Translations under genes and position numbers: made by a program
Notes under the pieces: model-generated
The model's input: the letters and a program-made list of their open reading frames with translations, nothing else
What the model was told of the DNA's origin: nothing
Databases searched by the model: none
Assembly: GCA_023898525.1 (NCBI GenBank)
Contig: CP060227.1
Coordinates: 710,440-774,439 of the forward strand
Direction: 5' to 3'
Origin: Candidatus Nomurabacteria bacterium
Lineage (GTDB): Bacteria; Patescibacteriota; Minisyncoccia; Phycocordibacterales; UBA918
Length of the DNA stretch: 64,000 nucleotides
Shown here: positions 19,012 through 28,437 of the stretch, one piece after another
How positions within the stretch are numbered: position 1 is the first letter of the stretch
How the letters are laid out: every line of letters starts with the position of its first letter

Positions 19012-21174
19012 ATGGCACGAGAATTTCCAATTGATCGCATGCGCAACTTCGGTATTGTGGCGCACGTGGACGCTGGTAAAACTACTACCTCAGAACGCGT
19101 ACTTTTCTATACCGGTATGAGCCACAAGATCGGTGAGGTGCACGATGGAGCAACTGTTACCGACTGGATGGAGCAGGAGCGAGAGCGTGGTATTACTATT
19201 ACCGCGGCGGCTATTTCTTGTAACTGGTCAAAGACGATGGAGGCTGACCGCAAGGACAAGAGCAAAATGTTCACTTTCAACATTATTGATACTCCGGGAC
19301 ACATAGACTTTACAGCTGAAGTGAAGCGCTCCATGCGTGTGCTTGATGGCGCGGTGGTGGTATTTGATGGTGCAGCTGGAGTGGAGCCACAGACTGAGAC
19401 TAACTGGGGTTACGCTGACGAAGCTAATGTACCGCGTATTTGTTTTATCAACAAGATGGACAAGCTGGGGGCTGACTTCGATGCTTCAGTAAAATCCATT
19501 CACGATCGTTTGTCTAAGAAAGCAGTACGTATCCAGCTTCCAATTGGAGCAGAAAATGACATGAGTGGAGTAGTGGATCTAATAACCATGAAAGCTTATC
19601 GTTTTGGTGGTGAGATGGGAATGGATGTAACTGAGGAGGAAATCCCGGCTGATTTGCTTGATGAGGCTAAGAAATGGCGCGGTGAGTTGATTGAAAAGGT
19701 GGTAGAGCATGACGACGCTTTGATGGAAGCTTATCTGGGAGGTGAAGAGCCGAGTCTAGAAGATCTTAAGAAGACTCTACGTAAGGCTGTGATTGCTAAT
19801 GAGATATTTCCGATTATGACCGGTACTGCCCTAAAGAACATTGGTGTACAACTTGTACTTGATGCGGTGGTTGATTATCTGCCTTCACCGGTTGACTTGC
19901 CAGCGGTACAAGGGATTAATCCAAAGAATGATGAAGCGATTGAGCGAAAAGCTTCAGACGACGAACCTTTCTGTGCTCTAGCTTTCAAATTGCAGGATGA
20001 CAAATTTGTTGGTCAGCTGGCTTTCTTCCGTGTTTACTCTGGTACAGTCAAGTCTGGTTCTTATATTCTAAACGCTTCAACTGGGAACAAAGAAAGAGTC
20101 GGACGTATCGTGCGGCTTCAGGCTGATAAGCGAACTGAAATTGAAGAAGTATACGCAGGAGAAATTGCGGCGGCCGTAGGTATCAAGGAGGTAAAGACTT
20201 CACATACTCTATGTGATGAGGCTAATCCGATTATTCTTGAACAAATTACTTTCCCAGAACCGGTGGTGGCCCTACGAGTAGAGCCAAAGACCAAAAATGA
20301 CCAAGAAAAGATGAGTACTGCTCTAAAGCGCTTGTCTGATGAGGATCCGACCTTTAAGGTGTCTACCGATGAAGAAACTCTCGAAACTATTATTGCCGGT
20401 ATGGGTGAGCTACACCTAGATATTATCGTAGATCGTATGAAGCGAGAGTTTGGAGTTGAGGCCAACATCGGTGCGCCACAAGTGGCTTATCGAGAGACTA
20501 TCCAAGGTTCAGCTGAGGCAGAACACAAGTATGTCAAGCAGTCTGGTGGTCGTGGTCAGTATGGTCACGTGAAGATTCGTATCAAACCACTTGAGCCTTT
20601 AGCTGAAGATGAGACAGTGGCTAAAAATGTAACTCGTGAAGATCACTTTGAGTTTATTAACAATATTAAGGGAGGTGTGATTCCGCAGGAATATATTCCA
20701 GCTGTGATGAAGGGTTGTAAGGAAGCAATGGCTCGCGGTTATGTGGCTGGCTACAAGATGGAAGATGTATCAGTCGAGCTCTTTGATGGTTCTTACCACG
20801 ATGTAGACTCCTCAGAAATAGCTTTCAAACTAGCTGGTATTAACGCTTTCAAAGATGCGGCCAAGAAAGCTAATGCGGTTATTCTTGAACCAATTATGAA
20901 GGTGGAGGTACGTACACCAGATGAATATATGGGTGACATCAATGGAAATATTTCTTCAAAACGTGGACAGGTTGAAGGAACTGAAGAAATGGGTGGACGA
21001 ACTATTGTACACGCTAAAGTGCCACTGTCTGAGATGTTTGGTTACACCAATATTCTACGCTCTATGACCCAAGGTCGTGCCTCTATGACTATGGAGTTTG
21101 ATCACTATGAAGTCGTACCACCAAACGTAGCGATGGAAATCAAAAAAGCTCGTGGTGTTAAGGATGAGGGATAG
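19012..21174 (+). CDS. fusA: elongation factor G
   Basis: G-domain motifs '[10 protein letters not shown]', 'DTPGH', and 'NKMD'; 720 aa. Confidence 0.95.
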   Translation: MAREFPIDRMRNFGIVAHVDAGKTTTSERVLFYTGMSHKIGEVHDGATVTDWMEQERERGITITAAAISCNWSKTMEADRKDKSKMFTFNIIDTPGHIDFTAEVKRSMRVLDGAVVVFDGAAGVEPQTETNWGYADEANVPRICFINKMDKLGADFDASVKSIHDRLSKKAVRIQLPIGAENDMSGVVDLITMKAYRFGGEMGMDVTEEEIPADLLDEAKKWRGELIEKVVEHDDALMEAYLGGEEPSLEDLKKTLRKAVIANEIFPIMTGTALKNIGVQLVLDAVVDYLPSPVDLPAVQGINPKNDEAIERKASDDEPFCALAFKLQDDKFVGQLAFFRVYSGTVKSGSYILNASTGNKERVGRIVRLQADKRTEIEEVYAGEIAAAVGIKEVKTSHTLCDEANPIILEQITFPEPVVALRVEPKTKNDQEKMSTALKRLSDEDPTFKVSTDEETLETIIAGMGELHLDIIVDRMKREFGVEANIGAPQVAYRETIQGSAEAEHKYVKQSGGRGQYGHVKIRIKPLEPLAEDETVAKNVTREDHFEFINNIKGGVIPQEYIPAVMKGCKEAMARGYVAGYKMEDVSVELFDGSYHDVDSSEIAFKLAGINAFKDAAKKANAVILEPIMKVEVRTPDEYMGDINGNISSKRGQVEGTEEMGGRTIVHAKVPLSEMFGYTNILRSMTQGRASMTMEFDHYEVVPPNVAMEIKKARGVKDEG

Positions 21175-21203
21175 GAAAGAGTAAAACACTGACTAATGCA
21201 AAG

Positions 21204-21238
21204 AAAACCGCACACCCGAAGGGTGTGCGGTTTTCTGT
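21204..21238 (+). terminator. intrinsic terminator after fusA
   Basis: Hairpin AAAACCGCACACCC-gaa-GGGTGTGCGGTTTT followed by CTG. Confidence 0.65.
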
Positions 21239-21706
21239 TGGCAAATTAATAAGACCCCAGTTTTATTGGGGCCTACTTTAATTTTGGATTAAAAATCTAA
21301 ATAGCCATTGGCTCATTAAGTAGTAGTGAATCAACGCGTCTTGCATAATAAACATATACAGTCACTACAACATTTACGAATATCAGTTATCACAATGTGT
21401 TGTTTGGTTACTGATACCCCGTGCCTTCAGGTCGGGGTAGTTCATTATATAGGAGTAAACTAACGTTGGGCTATACTTTTAAGGTTAGTAACTGTAGGTC
21501 TTGCAAATCCCTGAGACTTTGGTACTATTGCCGAACCGCATACAGCTTAGTCTGTTTTTGTGGAGCGAACATAGTACTGCTCTTTCACACGTTCTCCGTG
21601 TCCATTCTAAGCGCGATTGTTCTCGCGCCGCCTAGAATGTACGCTGGAGACACAGCTTTTTAGCGTCTGTGTGCGGAATTATAATTATTAATTTATCTTT
21701 CATAAT

Positions 21707-22900
21707 ATGGCAGATGCATTTGATCGTTCAAAGCCGCACATTAACGTAGGAACCATTGGTCACGTAGACCACGGTAAGACTACTTTGACGGCTGCAATTC
21801 TTAACACTCTTAACACTCGCGGTAATGGCTACTCAGCTAACGTGAAGGCTGTTGAGGATATTGATAAGGCACCAGAAGAAAAAGCTCGAGGTATTACTAT
21901 TTCGCTCTCACACTCTGAGTACGAAACTCCAAATCGTCACTATGCGCACATCGACGCGCCTGGTCACGCTGACTACATTAAAAACATGATTACTGGTGCT
22001 GCCCAGATGGATGGCGCTGTACTTGTGGTAGCTGCCACTGATGGTGCGATGCCACAAACTCGTGAGCACGTTCTTCTTGCTAAGCAGGTTGGTGTACCAA
22101 AGATTATTGTTTTCTTGAACAAATGTGACATGGTAGATGATGAGGAAATGATCATGCTTGTTGAAGAAGAGCTTCGTGAGCTTCTAACTAATAATGGTTT
22201 TGATGGAGAAAATGCTCCAATCATAAAAGGTTCTGGTCTTAAGGCCCTTGAAGACCCTTCTTCAGAGTGGGGTGACAAGATTATTGAGTTGGCTGATGCT
22301 ATGGATTCATACTTCCCAACACCGGAACGTGATCTTGATAAGCCATTTTTGATGCCAATTGAGGACATCTTCTCAATTGAAGGACGAGGTACTGTAGTAA
22401 CTGGTCGTGTAGAGCGTGGTGCTGTAAAGGTTGGTGAAGAAGTAGAAATCGTTGGTATCAAGGATACTACAACCACTACCGTTACTGGTGTAGAAATGTT
22501 TAACAAGCAACTAGACGCTGCACAGGCTGGAGACAACGCTGGTATCTTGCTTCGTGGTACAAAGAAAGAAGATGTACACCGTGGTCAGGTATTGGCTAAA
22601 AAGGGTTCTGTAACTCCACATACTGAATTTGAAGCAGAAGTATACGTGCTTTCAAAGGATGAAGGTGGACGTCACACTCCTTTCTTCACTGGTTACAAGC
22701 CACAATTCTACATCCGAACTACTGACGTAACAGGAGATGTAACTCTAAACGAAGGTGTGGAAATGGTTATGCCAGGTGATACTGCAACCTTTAAGGTGAA
22801 ATTAGTAGCTCCAGTAGCGCTTGAAGATCAACAAAACTTTGCGATTCGCGAAGGTGGTAAAACAGTTGGTGCTGGTGTGGTAACTAAGATTATCGCTTAA
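21707..22900 (+). CDS. tuf: elongation factor Tu
   Basis: '[13 protein letters not shown]', 'DAPGHADY', and 'NKCD'; 397 aa. Confidence 0.95.
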   Translation: MADAFDRSKPHINVGTIGHVDHGKTTLTAAILNTLNTRGNGYSANVKAVEDIDKAPEEKARGITISLSHSEYETPNRHYAHIDAPGHADYIKNMITGAAQMDGAVLVVAATDGAMPQTREHVLLAKQVGVPKIIVFLNKCDMVDDEEMIMLVEEELRELLTNNGFDGENAPIIKGSGLKALEDPSSEWGDKIIELADAMDSYFPTPERDLDKPFLMPIEDIFSIEGRGTVVTGRVERGAVKVGEEVEIVGIKDTTTTTVTGVEMFNKQLDAAQAGDNAGILLRGTKKEDVHRGQVLAKKGSVTPHTEFEAEVYVLSKDEGGRHTPFFTGYKPQFYIRTTDVTGDVTLNEGVEMVMPGDTATFKVKLVAPVALEDQQNFAIREGGKTVGAGVVTKIIA

Positions 22901-22930
22901 ATTAATTTTTAGTTTAAACACAAAGTACTT

Positions 22931-23284
22931 ATGGCAACAGATACTACAAAAAAAGACGTAAAGCCCGCTGCTGGTGAAATAAACAAGCTACGCATTAGGG
23001 TCCGCGCGTACGAAAATAAGATCCTTGATGCAAGCACTAAGCAGATAATTGATACAGCTCTTCGGTTTGACGCCAAAGTAGTTGGTCCGATTCCACTACC
23101 GACCGAGATTAAGAAATATACAGTCAACCGTTCTACGTTCGTGTATAAAGACGCGCGAGAACAATTTGAAATGCGAATGCATAAGCGAGTGATTGATATT
23201 CTTAATCCAAGTCCAAAGGTGGTAGAAGCTTTGACCAATCTATCTTTACCGTCTGGAGTAAATATCGATGTGAAGATGATGTAG
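22931..23284 (+). CDS. rpsJ: 30S ribosomal protein S10
   Basis: 'KLRIRVRAYENKILDASTKQIIDTA...GPIPLPTEIKKYTVNRSTFVYKDAREQFEMRMHKRVIDI'. Confidence 0.9.
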   Translation: MATDTTKKDVKPAAGEINKLRIRVRAYENKILDASTKQIIDTALRFDAKVVGPIPLPTEIKKYTVNRSTFVYKDAREQFEMRMHKRVIDILNPSPKVVEALTNLSLPSGVNIDVKMM

Positions 23285-23306
23285 TAGTGTTTGCCAAAAC
23301 AAAACA

Positions 23307-23340
23307 AAAGCCCCGCGCCTACGGCGCGAGGCTTTTGTTT
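23307..23340 (+). terminator. intrinsic terminator after rpsJ
   Basis: Hairpin GCCCCGCGCC-tac-GGCGCGAGGC followed by TTTTGTTT. Confidence 0.55.
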
Positions 23341-23393
23341 ATTGCAAATATGTTGTATAGTTTTGGATACTTTGTTCTTTTTGAGGTCTGTTT

Positions 23394-23570
23394 ATGGAAA
23401 ATAAATGTGATAACTGTAGTGAGTTTGCATTAAATATATGTGAATGGGATGGTGATTGTATGGGCAGGGTTTATGTTTTTAGAGCATGTTCTAAAGAGTG
23501 CAAAGAAATTATTGTACAAAGATTACAGCAAGAACATTTATGCTCATCTGATGAGCGGGGTTTCTTTTGA
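23394..23570 (+). CDS. small Cys-rich (zinc-ribbon-like) protein, 58 aa, inserted between rpsJ and rplC
   Basis: ORF 'MENKCDNCSEFALNICEWDGDCMGRVYVFRACSKECKEIIVQRLQQEHLCSSDERGFF' is below the ORF-track cutoff. A GAGG lies 7 nt before the ATG, and the hairpin GAGCGCTTTTTTT/AAAAAAAGCGCTC (23569-23596) follows. Confidence 0.35.
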   Translation: MENKCDNCSEFALNICEWDGDCMGRVYVFRACSKECKEIIVQRLQQEHLCSSDERGFF

Positions 23571-23602
23571 GCGCTTTTTTTTCTAAAAAAAGCGCTCTTT
23601 GC

Positions 23603-23754
23603 TTGCAAAAGGTTGAAAAATCAGTATACTAGCCACAGCTTTTAAAGACCTACGTACAGGAGGTGAGAAATCACTCCTAGACCAATGGGCACAAACCGCG
23701 TGATTTACGTTGGACTTTGTGTTCGCGTAATCACGCGGTTTGTTATTGGGTCTT
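23603..23754 (+). promoter_or_regulatory. promoter (TTGCAA-16nt-TATACT) plus structured leader upstream of rplC
   Basis: -35 at 23603-23608 and -10 at 23625-23630. The leader contains hairpin AGGAG-gtgagaaatca-CTCCT and a long stem ACAAACCGCGTGATTACG...CGTAATCACGCGGTTTGT (23691-23744), enclosed by AAGACC/GGGTCTT. Confidence 0.35.
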
Positions 23755-23784
23755 AGAGCTAATTATTAGTTTAGTTCACAGTAA

Positions 23785-24402
23785 ATGAAATTCATTATTG
23801 GAACCAAGGCGGGCATGACCCAGGTCTTTGATGAAAATGGTGTGTGTAAAGCCGCCACTATTCTCAAAGTTGAACCAACTCGTGTTACACAAGTGAAGCG
23901 AGTGGACACTGATGGGTATGACGCTGTTCAGTTAGCTACCGGTGAACAAAAAGATCATCGAGTGGTGAAGGCACAAAAAGGTCACTTCGGTGCCGGGGTT
24001 CGTTATGTAAAGGAATTCCGACCAAAAGTAAATGAAGCTAACACTGTAGCGGATGTTGCAAAAGACTCAACTTTTGATGCGTCAATTTTCAGTGCTGGTG
24101 ACACTATCGTTGTAAAGGCGGTATCTAAGGGTAAGGGTTTCCAGGGAGTGGTTAAGCGACACGGCTTTGCCGGAGGTCGTCGTACTCATGGACAAAAACA
24201 CTCAGAACGTGAGCCGGGATCTATCGGAGCTACCGGTAACCGAGTGTTAAAGGGAACTAGGATGGCTGGTCGTATGGGTAGTGATACTATTACGATTAAA
24301 AATCTACGAGTTTTGCAGGTTAACCCTGACGAAAATATATTGCTCGTTTCAGGAGCAGTACCAGGTCGAAAAGGAACATTAGTAGAGGTGCGTGGCATCT
24401 AA
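23785..24402 (+). CDS. rplC: 50S ribosomal protein L3
   Basis: 'GTKAGMTQVFDENG', 'GKGFQGVVKRHGFAGG'. Confidence 0.9.
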   Translation: MKFIIGTKAGMTQVFDENGVCKAATILKVEPTRVTQVKRVDTDGYDAVQLATGEQKDHRVVKAQKGHFGAGVRYVKEFRPKVNEANTVADVAKDSTFDASIFSAGDTIVVKAVSKGKGFQGVVKRHGFAGGRRTHGQKHSEREPGSIGATGNRVLKGTRMAGRMGSDTITIKNLRVLQVNPDENILLVSGAVPGRKGTLVEVRGI

Positions 24403-24418
24403 GTTTAAGCATTAATAT

Positions 24419-25102
24419 ATGGACGCAAAAATATATTCAACCGAAGGTAAAGAGACTGGAAAGATTACTCTTCCGGAATCTGTCTTTGGCGTAAAGTGGA
24501 ATGCTGACTTGGTGCACGAAGTAGTGGTTGGTATGCAGGCAAATGCTCGCGAGTCAGCTGCTCACACCAAGGATCGTAGTGAGGTAAGTGGTGGTGGTAA
24601 GAAGCCTTGGAAGCAGAAAGGTACCGGTCGTGCTAGACACGGTTCACGCCGATCTCCGATTTGGACTGGAGGAGGAGTGACTCATGGGCCACGAAATGAA
24701 AAGGATTATTCAGTCAAGATAAATAAGAAAGTACGAGCGAAGGCTTTGGCAACAGTGTTGTCTCGCAAGCTAAGTGACGCCGAGGTTATCTTTGTTGATT
24801 CTCTAAATTTCGCAGAGCCAAAAACCAAGGATGGCAAGCAGGTCATCAAGGCTTTGGCAACTGGAACTAACCAAGCTTCACTGGCTACTAAGCGCAAAAA
24901 TACGGCGCTTGTAGTTCTTCCGACTCGTAACGAAGCGGTGGAACTTAGTTTCCGTAACTTTGGCAACATTGAAGTGGCGCAAGCCAAGGACATCAACCCA
25001 GTTGATCTTCTTACTTACAAGTACGTAGTAATAGCTGAGCCAGCTAGCAGTGTAGAGGTTTTCTCTAAGCGAGTGGGCGGTTCTGCAGTTGCTACTAAAT
25101 AA
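24419..25102 (+). CDS. rplD: 50S ribosomal protein L4
   Basis: 'GGGKKPWKQKGTGRARHGSRRSPIWTGGGVTHGP'. Confidence 0.9.
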   Translation: MDAKIYSTEGKETGKITLPESVFGVKWNADLVHEVVVGMQANARESAAHTKDRSEVSGGGKKPWKQKGTGRARHGSRRSPIWTGGGVTHGPRNEKDYSVKINKKVRAKALATVLSRKLSDAEVIFVDSLNFAEPKTKDGKQVIKALATGTNQASLATKRKNTALVVLPTRNEAVELSFRNFGNIEVAQAKDINPVDLLTYKYVVIAEPASSVEVFSKRVGGSAVATK

Positions 25103-25112
25103 TTAATTAACT

Positions 25113-25487
25113 ATGGCTCTCTTTAGTCGAAAAGAAGAAAAGAATGAAGAGCAAGCTAAGACTGCTGTGGTGGCTAAGGCTAAGGCCAAAGCACTACCGG
25201 TAGATTACAATCTTTCTGATGTAATCAAGGGTCTTAGAATTACTGAAAAAGCGGTAAAGCAAGGTGACCAGAATGTTTATACATTCAATGTAAACCGAGC
25301 TGCTACTAAGTTTCAGGTTCGTGATGCAGTCAAAGCGCTCTACAATGTGACGCCGGTGAAGGTTAACATCGTCAATAAAAAGCCAGCGGCGCGTTTGTCT
25401 GGTTCGAAAAACAAAATGGTGAAAGTACCAGGATCGAAAAAAGCTTACGTATACCTTAAGAAAGGTGACACAATCAATCTTGTTTAA
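25113..25487 (+). CDS. rplW: 50S ribosomal protein L23 (with Lys/Ala-rich N-terminal extension)
   Basis: 'VIKGLRITEKAVKQGDQNVYTFNVNRAATKFQVRDAVKALYNV'. Confidence 0.85.
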   Translation: MALFSRKEEKNEEQAKTAVVAKAKAKALPVDYNLSDVIKGLRITEKAVKQGDQNVYTFNVNRAATKFQVRDAVKALYNVTPVKVNIVNKKPAARLSGSKNKMVKVPGSKKAYVYLKKGDTINLV

Positions 25488-25565
25488 TTTAGCGAACTTC
25501 GCGAAAAAATTATTATCAGTTAGGAAGATAAGAGAATAATACTCACTATTTTCTAACCAAAAGTT

Positions 25566-26426
25566 ATGAAAAAATATAAACCAACTTCGGCTGGTCGACG
25601 TGATGGGTCGGTCATCGAATATAAGAAAAAACTTACATCAACTGACAGTAATCCGTACAAGCGGTTGACTGTCGGAAAGAAAAATACCGGAGGACGAAAT
25701 AGCCAAGGTCGTATTACTACTCACTACCGTGGTGCTGGTAACAAAAAGAATTATCGAATGGTAGACTTCCGTTATGATAAGAAGGATATTCCAGCTAGAG
25801 TAGAAACGATTGAGTACGATCCTAACCGCTCTGGTTTCATCGCTCTTGTTGTTTATAAGGATGGTGAGCGTCGCTATATTTTGGCGCCACAAAAACTAAA
25901 GCAGCACGATGAAATTATCACGTCTGAAAAGGCTAAGGTCAAAGTCGGTAATCGCTTACCACTTGGCACTATTTCGGTTGGTACTTTTGTCTACAACGTA
26001 GAAATCAAGCCGGGGGCTGGTGCTAAGCTAGCTCGTTCAGCTGGTAACTACGCTGAAGTGGTAGCACAAGATGACTCATACACTCTGCTTAAGATGCCGT
26101 CGACTGAAGTACGTCGTGTATCAGCTAGTGCTTGGGCTTCAATCGGTGCTGTATCAAACGAAGAGTACCGTTTGGTAGATATCGGTAAAGCTGGACGTGC
26201 TCGTCATAGGGGACTTCGTCCGAAGACTCGTGGTGCGGCTCGTAACGCAGTTGATCACCCACACGGAGGTGGTGAAGGACGATCACCACGTGGACACCGT
26301 CGTCAACGAACTAAACAAGGTCGTCCAACCGGAAAGGGACAAAAGACTCGTTCACCAAAGAAATACTCAAATGTATTTATTGTTTCTCGTCGCAAGCCAG
26401 GCCGGCTGATGGGCGGAAAAAGATAA
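25566..26426 (+). CDS. rplB: 50S ribosomal protein L2
   Basis: 'GRNSQGRITTHYRGAGNKKNYRMVDF', 'HPHGGGEGRSPRG'. Confidence 0.9.
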   Translation: MKKYKPTSAGRRDGSVIEYKKKLTSTDSNPYKRLTVGKKNTGGRNSQGRITTHYRGAGNKKNYRMVDFRYDKKDIPARVETIEYDPNRSGFIALVVYKDGERRYILAPQKLKQHDEIITSEKAKVKVGNRLPLGTISVGTFVYNVEIKPGAGAKLARSAGNYAEVVAQDDSYTLLKMPSTEVRRVSASAWASIGAVSNEEYRLVDIGKAGRARHRGLRPKTRGAARNAVDHPHGGGEGRSPRGHRRQRTKQGRPTGKGQKTRSPKKYSNVFIVSRRKPGRLMGGKR

Positions 26427-26431
26427 AACAA

Positions 26432-26466
26432 AAAACCTACGCGAAAAGCGTAGGTTTTTTGTTTTA
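26432..26466 (+). terminator. intrinsic terminator after rplB (left edge of accessory island 1)
   Basis: Hairpin CCTACGC-gaaaa-GCGTAGG followed by TTTTTTG; a second hairpin CACTGTGC-ctgc-GCACAGTG lies at 26469-26488. Confidence 0.6.
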
Positions 26467-26756
26467 GCACTGTGCCTGCGCACAGTGCGTATCTTTTTCC
26501 GAGCCGCAGGCATGTTTTTATTTTATTTCCTAAAAATAAAAACGGCCGAGGCGGGGTCGCGAGTACTTACTAGAATTGGAGTGTTAACGAACAATTATAG
26601 TTAGTAACTTGTGACGAAAGAGGTAAACCAAAAAAACTTACACAGAAGTGTTTTTGTTGTGTTAGAAAATACTTGCTTTTGACCGTTAAAAATGTAAAGT
26701 GTTCCCAATAGACTCTATTCCAGAGTCCTTTTATGTTCCTTAAGGAGATCTTTATC

Positions 26757-27377
26757 ATGAGTACAGAAAACCGAAAAGTCGTTAAGCTTGGTGATACTTT
26801 TGTTGCTTATATAGACGATAGTACTACTTGTGTTGGTATCGTTATTGAAAATGGTGTGGGTAGAAACAATGAGTCTTCACTGGTACTGGTATTAAGTTGG
26901 TTGACTACTACACCAAATCGTTTACCTGCTGCTGATGTTTTTGATAGACTTGGAGAAAGCTATGGATTTCCAACATTTAAAGAAATAAAAACGAGATTTA
27001 TTTTCCCGTATACTTTTGAAAACGAAATTAAATTATGTGAAAAACAGAGTAATGAATGGTGGGAAGAATTTCAGGATGGAGTATTGCGTGAAGGTTGTAA
27101 TTTGGTTGCGCGATATTTTAGTCCTAAAAATTCTTATGTGTTGACGTGTGTGGATGCTTCGCAGAAACTTATGCAAGGTATTGATCTTACTACAGACGAT
27201 AAGTTTAAATATTTTGGAACGGAAAAACTTCTCCTGCTGTGGGCTGTGCTTTTTCGTAAATTTCCAGATAAAGTAATACAATATCCTACTGAATTCCATT
27301 CCCAATCCGATCATACGGTTTATCGTGTTACTCTTGAAGGAGAATCTGTTAAAATAAAAACCGAAACTCGAGTTTAA
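26757..27377 (+). CDS. hypothetical protein
   Basis: Start trimmed to ATG 26757 (MSTENRKV...), preceded by AGGAGA; no recognisable domain. Confidence 0.45.
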   Translation: MSTENRKVVKLGDTFVAYIDDSTTCVGIVIENGVGRNNESSLVLVLSWLTTTPNRLPAADVFDRLGESYGFPTFKEIKTRFIFPYTFENEIKLCEKQSNEWWEEFQDGVLREGCNLVARYFSPKNSYVLTCVDASQKLMQGIDLTTDDKFKYFGTEKLLLLWAVLFRKFPDKVIQYPTEFHSQSDHTVYRVTLEGESVKIKTETRV

Positions 27378-27438
27378 TAAAAAGTTAGCCATAATACGTA
27401 CAGTGTTATGGCTAATTTCTAAATCGTAATTACAATCA

Positions 27439-27702
27439 CTACCCATACAACTCACTATGCGTCCCAATCGCTACAAACCTCACTATCTCATTTTTTTCTA
27501 TAATTACATATATCGCTCTAGTATCTCCAGTCACATCTATACTAAAATAACCTCGCCATTTTCCGGAGAGTCGGTGATTACGCAGACTTGGATCTTGTGG
27601 GGTTTCAATAAATTTTTCTAAGACAACAATGACTTTCTTTTTTGTAGCTTTGGGAAGCTTTGCAAAGTCTTTCTCAAAACTTTTGGAAAGAATATATTGC
27701 AT
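27439..27702 (-). CDS. type II toxin, RelE/YafQ family mRNA interferase
   Basis: 'HRLSGKWRGYFSIDVTGDTRAIYVI...VRFVAIGTHSELYG' matches the YafQ/RelE pattern (H.L.G.W.GYR...D..LIY...RTGTHS.LF). Confidence 0.7.
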   Translation of the reverse strand: MQYILSKSFEKDFAKLPKATKKKVIVVLEKFIETPQDPSLRNHRLSGKWRGYFSIDVTGDTRAIYVIIEKNEIVRFVAIGTHSELYG

Positions 27703-27703
27703 A

Positions 27704-27985
27704 CTAGAGAGATTTTAGGTGAGTGATGAGGTCTTTTTCAGACTTGAATGGACCGACAAAGTCACCAGCTTCATATTCTTTTTGGGCTTGTTCCAAGATA
27801 CTTTCTAGGTATGGGGCAGGGCGGTGATTGCTAGCGGAAAGGGTGATTTCTTTATCGCGAACAAATTGCTTAAGAAAAGCATTGATTACTGTACTGAGTG
27901 GTACACCAAGTTCTTCGGCTACTTTTTTAGCTTCTTTCTTCAGAGCTTTGTCGGTTTTTACATTTAGGATAGTGTGTGTATTCAT
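27704..27985 (-). CDS. type II antitoxin, DinJ/RelB family (RHH)
   Basis: Start trimmed to 'MNTHTILNVKTDKALKKEAKKVAEELGVPLSTVINAFLKQFV' (DinJ-like). The gene sits 1 nt upstream of the toxin, in the classic antitoxin-toxin order. Confidence 0.7.
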   Translation of the reverse strand: MNTHTILNVKTDKALKKEAKKVAEELGVPLSTVINAFLKQFVRDKEITLSASNHRPAPYLESILEQAQKEYEAGDFVGPFKSEKDLITHLKSL

Positions 27986-28003
27986 ATATACTAAAGTATA
28001 TAT
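27984..28003. promoter_or_regulatory. palindromic operator candidate at the DinJ-YafQ promoter (ATATATAC-TAAA-GTATATAT)
   Basis: Perfect 8-bp inverted repeat overlapping the antitoxin start, plus a nearby GTCA-agtaa-TGAC (28029-28041). Confidence 0.3.
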
Positions 28004-28137
28004 TTTGGTATATATAGTGTCAAGTAATGACAGGAACATTTTTGTTAAACGGTATTAAAAAATAATTGAAAAAGAACTTAAAAAACAATTATGATACTAT
28101 TTAATCAGAACTAATCTAATTGAACGGAGGGTTCTTT

Positions 28138-28380
28138 ATGAGTGAAAAGGAGAAATTCATTGCTGATGTAATGATTCGTTATAACTGGAGCAGAAAGGAT
28201 GCAGAAGAAACTTGGTCAAAGTCACAACTTATAAAATATTGGTTACTTTTTATTTTTGTTCCACTTCTTGCAACTTTTACCTCAGATTTTTTTGTAGTTA
28301 AGTCTGAAACCTTAATTGAATTTTTAGGTCAATTTTTAATTTGGTTTTTCTTGTCTTTACTGTGTTTGTATATGAGTTAG
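28138..28380 (+). CDS. small hypothetical membrane protein (2 TM)
   Basis: RBS GGAGGG before ATG 28138. Hydrophobic segments 'LIKYWLLFIFVPLLATF' and 'FLGQFLIWFFLSLLCLYM'. A terminator hairpin follows at 28388-28420. Confidence 0.4.
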   Translation: MSEKEKFIADVMIRYNWSRKDAEETWSKSQLIKYWLLFIFVPLLATFTSDFFVVKSETLIEFLGQFLIWFFLSLLCLYMS

Positions 28381-28387
28381 AGAGTAA

Positions 28388-28420
28388 TAAAACCACTGTG
28401 TAGAGCAGTGGTTTTTATTT
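28388..28420. terminator. bidirectional intrinsic terminator
   Basis: Hairpin AAAACCACTG-tgtagag-CAGTGGTTTTT. Confidence 0.6.
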
Positions 28421-28437
28421 AATTATTTTAAAAATGT

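Noticed and set aside
21421-21663. 80-aa ORF in the fusA-tuf spacer, and a possible tRNA/tmRNA there
   Set aside because: The ORF has no RBS and low-complexity composition inside a hairpin-rich region. No T-loop (GTTCRANYC), cloverleaf or tmRNA tag-like reading frame could be found by eye.
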